Part shown: one piece after another, positions 55,470-64,000 of the stretch
How the letters are laid out: each line of letters starts with the position of its first letter
Numbering within the stretch: the stretch's first letter is position 1
From: Octopus vulgaris
Lineage: Eukaryota
DNA length: 64,000 bases
Direction of reading: 5' to 3'
NCBI GenBank assembly: GCA_951406725.2
Contig: OX597825.1
Coordinates: 15,128,001 to 15,192,000, forward strand
The notes under the pieces: generated by a model
Database searches by the model: none
Seen by the model: the letters and a program-made list of their open reading frames with translations, nothing else
What the model was told of the DNA's origin: nothing
Program-made: the position numbers and the translations under genes

Positions 55470-55630
55470 ATACAACAGGCTTCTTTCAGTTTCCCTATAC
55501 CAAATTCACACACGATGGCTGGGTCGGCCCAAGGCTATAGTGGAAATCACCTGCCTAAGCCGCCACGCACTGGTACTGAACCCGGAACCATGTGGTTGAG
55601 ATGCAGGCTTCTCAACACGCAGCTGCGTCT
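55470..55630 (-). mobile_element. SINE family B, 5' half only
   Basis: CAGGCTTCTTTCAGTTTCC...GAACCCGGAACCATGTGGTTG; ends at the (GATA)n array. Confidence 0.75.
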
Positions 55631-56191
55631 GCACTTCTGCATTATTCACACACGATTCCAAGGATGCATGACTGTATGTGTGTACGCCTCTTTCACCAAC
55701 GTCTGACTATAAACAACGGAGGGAAATTCAATAACCCGATGTTTTCGAACTTGAATAACCTGTATTGTTTGTTTACAATAATTTACACATACTGTCAGAT
55801 CCGTCATTACACAATGATTGACCCATGATTGTCCCGCTGGGCACCTCTAACCATCAGCAGCATTATTTACAATATATTGATATGGAATATGAAAAGAATA
55901 AGAAGTAAAACTTTAGCATTCACATGCCCAAGATTATATACTTGCCAGTAGAAAGATTGAGAAACTAAAGGAAAAAGGTTTTTTTTTTTTTCTCTCCAGT
56001 TTCCAATCACACATAAAAGAACACATATTGTGTGTTTATAGATGAAAATATAGAATCTTCCTGGGGCGTTTCACACATTCTTACAACATGTTACCAATAT
56101 ATTTGACAAAACCGGTAACCTCTTTTATTTATTATCGATTCAAAATTCCTTTCTAAATACTCTGTAGATTGGCAGCTACAGAATATACATG

Positions 56192-56255
<64 letters not shown>

Positions 56256-56295
56256 AATACTCTGTAGATTGGCATACAGAATATATATGTATATA

Positions 56296-56408
<113 letters not shown>

Positions 56409-57013
56409 TCCATCACACATAAAGAGAGACATATGGGAGAAAGAGAAAGGAAACGAAAGGAGGGCTTAAGAGAGACAGCTAGATAGATAGATATGCAATA
56501 GATATGCATTACATATGCATACCAGTGCATATTTATATATGTGTGTGTGTGTGTCTGTATAAACCTTTGTTCATTTATATGAAACCATGAATGGCAGGAG
56601 ACAATAGAAATGTAGAGTGTTCTTTAATGCCTTATGAGTTAAAGTCTCTGATATTCAGTACTGAGAGTTATTCGATTCCCTTCATCAGCTGGTAAATTGA
56701 GTCTGACGCAGTTTCTTAACAAACATAGAGTTTGGATATCTTTTTTGAAATACGAAATGAAAGTTTGAAGAAAACTCTTACATTTAGGGTCGTCACATGT
56801 TTCAAAACATTTCTTTCAAATCATCTCCCCATCACAGAAAAAATTTTAAATATTCAGAGCGTTGATATTTTTAAAGAAAACCAGTCTCGGTTTACCAGCT
56901 AAGAATTGGGAACGAATAATTCTGGGTACTAAATATTGGTGCCTTTTAGTTATGGTGTACACACATACACACACACAAATATATATATGTGCGCCTTCAC
57001 TATATATATATAT

Positions 57014-57407
57014 GCTCTCTCTTTACTCTTTTACTTGCTTCAATCATTTCAGTCATTTGATGCGGCCATGCTGGAGCACCGCCTTCTAGTCGAGTAAATC
57101 GACCCCAGGACTTATTTGTAAGCCTAGTACTTATTCTATCAGTCTCTTTTTCTGAACCGCTAAGTTACTGAACGTAAACACACCATCATCGGTGTCAAGC
57201 AAAGGTGGGGGACAAACACAGACACACAAACATATACATACATATATATATACGACGGGCTTCTTCCAGTTTCCCTCTACCAAATCCACTCACAAGGCTT
57301 TGGTCGGCCCGAGGCTATAGTAGAACACACTTGCCCAAGGTAACACGCAGTGGGAATTAGCCCGGAACCATGTGGTTGGTAAGCAAGCTACTTACCACAC
57401 AGCCACT
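57014..57407 (-). mobile_element. SINE family B, near full length
   Basis: Homologous to 50066-50476. Confidence 0.9.
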
Positions 57408-57419
57408 ATATATATAGTG

Positions 57420-57712
57420 AGGGCGCATACTTCAGTGGTTAGCACGTCAGGCTCAAAATTATGAGGTAGTGAGTTTGATTCCTGGACCAGGCTGGGTCTT
57501 ATGTTCTTGAGCTAGTCACTTAATTTCACGTTACTCCAGTTCACTCAGCATTAGGTATGAAGAGCGACGTCATTGGTGCCAAACTATATCATTCTTTGCC
57601 TTTCCCGAGGATAACATCGGCGGCGTGGATAGTGGAGCCTGGTATGATGGGTAACTACTGGTCTTCCAAATACAATCTTGCCCGGACTTGTGCCTTGGAG
57701 GGGTACTTTCTA
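57420..57712 (+). mobile_element. tRNA-SINE family D
   Basis: Head ...CAGTGGTTAGCACG...GAGTTTGATTCC, followed by TGTTCTTGAGCTAGTCACTTAATTTCACGTTACTCCAGTTCACTCAGC (CORE/V-type central-domain-like). Confidence 0.65.
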
Positions 57713-57724
57713 ACCGAAGCAAGT

Positions 57725-57785
<61 letters not shown>

Positions 57786-57822
57786 TTGTGTGTGTGTGTG
57801 TATTTATATTTTTTGTTGTTGT

Positions 57823-57982
57823 TGTACTTGTTTCAGTCATTTGACTGTAGCCGTACTGGAGCACTGCCTTAGCGGGTTCTTTCAGCGAAACGCTAGGTTT
57901 CGGGGACGTAAACACACTAACTTCGGTTCTCAAGCAATGGTGGTGGGAGACAAACACAGACACAAAAACACACATAGAAAAA

Positions 57983-57985
<3 letters not shown>
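57823..57985 (-). mobile_element. SINE family B, 3' half only
   Basis: TACTTGTTTCAGTCATTTGACTG...GACAAACACAGACAC, running into microsatellite. Confidence 0.8.
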
Positions 57986-58240
<255 letters not shown>

Positions 58241-58475
58241 TTAATCAAAGGACATAGTTAGTATGTCTATCTGCTGGAAATAATAGTAAAAACGCTTATT
58301 TAAACCGCCGGAAAACAAAATATAAATCCTTCAGCTATTTAATGCTTTTTGGGGCCTGTAATCGCCTATATCATAAATTCTGTTATAATCAATTTACTTA
58401 TATTCCCCTAGATAATAATATAGTTAATAATACCTTAGCAAATATTCACTCCAGAATTATTTGCTCCTTATTGAA

Positions 58476-58576
<101 letters not shown>

Positions 58577-60231
58577 CGTGTGTGTATGCAGAGAAAAACG
58601 GGGGCAGAGAGTGATGAATGACACGAAAGCACGTGTACATATATTTCAATTACGAAATAAAATAAGGAAAGAAAGCCCGTTGGGTTGCAATGAAATTGAG
58701 AGGAAATAAGTGTTTATCTGCGACAATGTTCCATTTAGAATATTCTCCAATATTATGATTCGCTAAAAAAAAATTCTTTCGTTTCTATTTCAGGTATAAT
58801 GACAAATTTATTCTGAAATAGTTCACTGTTGAGTTGAGCAAGTTCACTGAAAGGACCCCCAATTGTGATTCATCATGAGCGCTATTATTTCATTGTAACA
58901 AACATCACTGGAGTCAGACGTACGAACAAATATTTCTGCGGCATTGAACTTAACTTATGTTTATGATAATTTATGATAATATATCCAAGTTTAAGGGATT
59001 TGAAATATAGGTGTCACTTACAACATATCAATTATCTTTTAAGAGCTATCTTTCTGGCATGGGATTTAGTGCATCATGTCTTCGGACGAACTCCCTTTAT
59101 TAAACATATCATATCTAAAATTCTTTGTCATGTATGTATGCGCGCCTTCGATGAACATTTCCAATAAACATGCTTCTCCAGTTATTGATATACGATTCTT
59201 TAAATTAAATTTTAAGAATAGAATTAATCTAATCTAAATTAATTGATATATTCTTCGCTATATATATATATATATATATATTAATCTATTTCTATACAAC
59301 CTCTTCTGAATTCTTGTTAGATCTAATTTTAAATAAGCGTAATTATTTTCGAGCACTTTGTAGATATCCACCTAACATTCACACACGCACATAAACCGAC
59401 CTGCAACTGTATCAGCGTTAGAAAGCTTCAATATTTGTTTTTACTTTGACAAGAGATATTACAATCCATAACGTTATTAATGAAGTTTAATAGAATTTGA
59501 CTGCAGGGAATATTTCTTTTACAGAATAAAATCATCATATTTTATAAGATACTTGCAGCAAGTTGTCGGTGTCGCCTGGTTTCATAAAATTCTTAAACAA
59601 ATTATACAACTGATTAAAAAATATTTCTGTCTGCTTTCTCTTCCAATTTGATTATCCTTTCGATTAGAGAAATATCTGTATACATATCTGAGGGAGGATT
59701 TAAGTGCGTGTTAAAAAAAAAATGGGATATTGAAAGAAAAATTTTCAAAGCTAAAAATGAATTAAATATCGCACTAATTATGAACGTGTGTTAATTAGAG
59801 AAATATCACGTGAAAAAAAAGCGTATGCAAGTGAAATGATATGGTAAAATTATAAGTTAACAAATAAAACCATATTTAAAAATGTCTACTCTGGCAAAGA
59901 AAATTGTATGCGATAGTTGTAAAATATATAGAAATGTGAAGTATAACAATTGAAACTTAACTGCAGAACCGTAAAATAACTCTGTCTCAGCTCGATTAGT
60001 CTTTATTCACCCATATATAGGTGTCAGTTTTAAAACAAGCCTAAATTACAAATACATATTTTCGGTTGTAAACATCATATATTTTCATTAAAAAAAAAAA
60101 AAAGCAAAGTATCTATTTTAGAATTCCCAGTTGTCGATTTTGATACAAAGATAAACATCGATCTCTGTTAGTTCAACCAGTAACCTGTGAAAACATGACA
60201 GACGCACACATGTGCAATCTCTATTATTTAT

Positions 60232-60232
<1 letters not shown>

Positions 60233-60300
<68 letters not shown>
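60233..60300. repeat. (AAT)n microsatellite
   Basis: Directly visible. Confidence 0.95.
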
Positions 60301-60301
<1 letters not shown>

Positions 60302-60660
60302 GGAATTGAGGATTTGAAAAACAATTCGCTATTAATCACTTTAAAATATTTCAATTTCTTAAATGGTAAACTCAGAACGTAATTTATATCGTCACTTGCA
60401 ACATATATTTACACAACACATTAGAACAATTTTGCGCACGGGGACTTTGCAATATGGCAGGTCAGGAATATTCTAAAGCAATATATCAATGTTAACTATG
60501 AGGTATTATTTCTTCGGTATTTATTGTAACAATGCGTTATTCATTTTCTCTTAGGGAAGTTTCCATTCTTCTAAAACCGAGGCGCAAACTGAAATTAGGT
60601 GTTGCTCAAATAAAATACAGAGCCTTATGAAAAAGTAAGGTTCGTCTATGAATGGTATAT

Positions 60661-61005
<345 letters not shown>

Positions 61006-61898
61006 TTAGATATATAGATAGATAGATAGAAAATGAGATAAAACTTACTTGGAAAAGGATGCGCGGCGTTTGATCATATAATAATATAAATAATATATAT
61101 ATGTGTATGCATATATACATGTATCTATATTCCTCTCTTCTCCCATTATTCTATCCTATTACTCTTTCGTTTCCTCCCAGTTATTCTTCTACCTCTCCTT
61201 CTCCACTCCTGTCTTTTCTCACTTATCCTATCTCCAATCTTTCCGTCTCCCCTTCACAATTCTCTGTCTGTCACTCTCTCTCCCTCGCTCTTCCTCCCTT
61301 GCTCAGGTGGCTCACACGTGACCATCGACCATCTTTCTTCTTCTAACTAGTGTTTCTTTCTTTCTCTCCGTTGTTCTTGTCTGTCTCCTGTCCATGCTTG
61401 ATTTACGCGTTCGCCACCACAACCTCATTTAGGCTAAGCAGCCCTTCCTGCTTGTTTTCATTGTCTTGTATGGTTGGTTTATTTGGTGGGTAGTGTTGAG
61501 AGACTTAATAGCAGTAACTTGAACGGACTGATCGGGAAGCTGTCCAAAGTACTAAATGTATATCAAAATCACAATTTCGGATGCATTGTCAGTATTCTAA
61601 TTCAAGGTATGCAGTGTATTCATCAAACATCTTACTTTTTCAAGTAATAATTACAGTTGTATGCATTACATATTTGATATGACATTTTGTATTCAGCCAC
61701 ATAAGCCTGCGAGTTAATTTGTAAGTGGTCGTTCGTCTTGTGAAAATAGCAGCTTAAATTCCCCTTAAATTGTGCTCACTCATCTTTGTAAATATCATCT
61801 GGAGTCTTGTTGATGTTTGGAGCCCGACCATATGAAACTACTAGTCGGACGTTATAAAACAGACCTATAATCAAAAGTGTTGGAAGGAAGTCCATTCT

Positions 61899-62351
61899 TA
61901 TTTCTTTATTGCCCACAAGGTACTAAACATAGAGGGGACAAACAAGGGTAGACAAATAGATTCAGTCGATTATATCGACCCCAGTGCGTAACTGGTACTT
62001 AATTTATCGACCCCGAAAGGATGAAAGGTAAAGTCGACCTCGGCGGAATTTGAACTCAGAACGTAACGTCAGACGAAATACGGCTAAGTATTTCACCCGG
62101 TGTGCTAACGTTTCTTATTTCTTTACTATCCACCTGGGGCTACACACAGAGGGGACAAACAAGGACAGACAAACGGATTTAGTCGATTATATCGACACTA
62201 GTGCGTAACTGGTACTTATTTCATCGACCCCGAAAGGATGAAAGGCAAAGTCGACCTCGGTGGAATTTTAACTCAGAACGCAGCGACAGACGAAATACGG
62301 CTAGGTATTGCACCCGGCGTGCTAACGTTTCTGCCAGCTCGCTGCATTAAG
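61899..62351 (-). mobile_element. Meta-domain SINE (family C), dimer with an alternative junction
   Basis: TSD GGAAGTCCATTCT at 61886-61898 and 62352-62364. The second unit restarts at GAAACGTTAGCAC (junction 62114/62115). Confidence 0.92.
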
Positions 62352-63874
62352 GGAAGTCCATTCTGCTTTATTCCTAAGACCTGTGTTTTTTTTCTTCTCT
62401 GATATGAGAGACGTGTGTCTGCTATATTATGCATATTTAACAATCAAGTAAAATATTCATACATGACACGCATCCAAACCGCTCCCTTTGCGTCTTTAAT
62501 GCTTTTTTAATCACCTATAACATCATTGCTGTAAATATATTAATTCACCTTTCATTTTATGCTAATAAAGTGTTATTGTATATTAGTAAGTGCCTTCTGT
62601 TCTGTTTCAATTTTCTTTTCACTTTTTCCATTCTTATTGTTACCACATTCTTCTTTCCCCCAGATGAATATTTTACATTCGCATTAACCCCACCTTCTGC
62701 TCACCCATTTCTTCTTATTTTAATTAAAACTATTTAATAGTCTCAAGTGTTTATTATTAATGCATTGTTAAATATTGTCTATTTTCTATTATCAAACAAT
62801 CTTTTTTTTTTCTATTTTCTTTCATTATACATTTCGCTTGTATTTCTCAAAAAATTCTTCTGAGGCATTTACAATGCTTAATTCATTATTAGAATTTTCA
62901 TGTTGTATATTCCAATTATACAATAGCCACAGAAAAAGAAGGAAGAAAAAATGAATTGTATGAATTCTATCGCAATAATAGTTTTCTATTTCGGAAAACA
63001 AGCACAATGATTACAGTACATTAAAAATTTTGAAAGAATCCTTTCTAATAATTGCAGAAACAACTTCCGTAAATAACAAATCAAGCGTTTAGAAAATAGA
63101 AGTGCCTATATTGGTATGCAAAATATAGGTTTGCAGTTGCATTAAATTTTATAAATGAAAATGAATAGAAAATTATAAAGAAGTTTAATCTAGGAGAATG
63201 TCGGAGAAAAAAATGTCAGGATTGTATTTTTCTGATTATTTATTGTATATTCAAAACATTGATCGACCAACTTATATGACACTTATTTAAATACACACGG
63301 ACAGACACTTCCATATTCACACAGATATATTGGATCAGGAATACATATTCACACAATGTCTATGAATATATGAGTATCACTATGTGAGTGCACGTGTGTG
63401 TATGTAAGAGCTAGAACGATATACAGATGTATATTTATATATACGCTCATATATCGATTTATATGTGATTATCTATACGTACAAAACATTGTCACACTTT
63501 CGGATTTAAAGACAAAATTTACAATCAGTTGAAAGACGGTGCTATCGGGGTTCGAATTACCAGCGATATTGCCACGTAGGTCTCTACTATCATTGTTTGT
63601 TCCCAACTTCGATCCTCCGTAAATCCGAAATATTATTTTAGAGTTTATGCCATATATTGTTGTTGAATGCCGGAAATGAGGATTAGATAGACGGCCGACA
63701 ACGGATGAAGGGTCCCTTATCTGTGCTTCCTTGTCCTGTTTTCCATTTTTATTGTTAATTACGTATTTCCCGTTTTTGCACTGTTGGTGGGTCCTGTACC
63801 CATATATAAGTGTGTGTATGTGTGTAGATAGATACATAGATAGATTTATTATTCATTATATATATATGTATATA

Positions 63875-64000
63875 TATAAATTAAATTAGAGATAAAACCA
63901 GTATTAGGCAAATCAAACAGTGAAAAACATAAACCAAAACATAGAAATAAAAATAATTAATATAATATACAAAATATATAGAATACAAAATTTAAAATTT
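63875..64000. mobile_element. (TA)n-abutting element related to the 29710-29802 arm, cut by the window edge
   Basis: AAATTAGAGATAAAACCAGTATTAGGCAAATCAAACAGTGAAAAAC versus AATTCGAGACAAAACCACTATTTTGCAAATCAAACAAGGAAAGAC. Confidence 0.6.

Overview
AT-rich, non-coding animal genomic DNA (a large intron or intergenic stretch). The SINE set and extreme microsatellite load resemble octopus/coleoid cephalopod DNA, which is an inference. I find no supportable host exon, tRNA or rRNA gene. Nearly all listed ORFs are microsatellite or SINE translations. The window is a mosaic of: at least four tRNA-derived SINE families, many with clean target-site duplications (TSDs); decayed R4/Dong-clade non-LTR retrotransposons sitting in (TAA)n-type repeats; mariner, Tc1-MITE and hAT remnants; a non-autonomous Helitron; two DINE-1/HINE-like elements; and dozens of microsatellites. 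The most notable signal is a set of five sequence-unrelated short elements lodged in or beside (TA)n/(GA)n microsatellites, each carrying a minimal type-I hammerhead-ribozyme fold with a variant core. These are accompanied by long hairpin (inverted-repeat) elements, consistent with Penelope-like/retrozyme-type non-autonomous retroelements. A second notable signal is a Meta-domain SINE that occurs as TSD-bounded dimers and trimers sharing one fixed junction.
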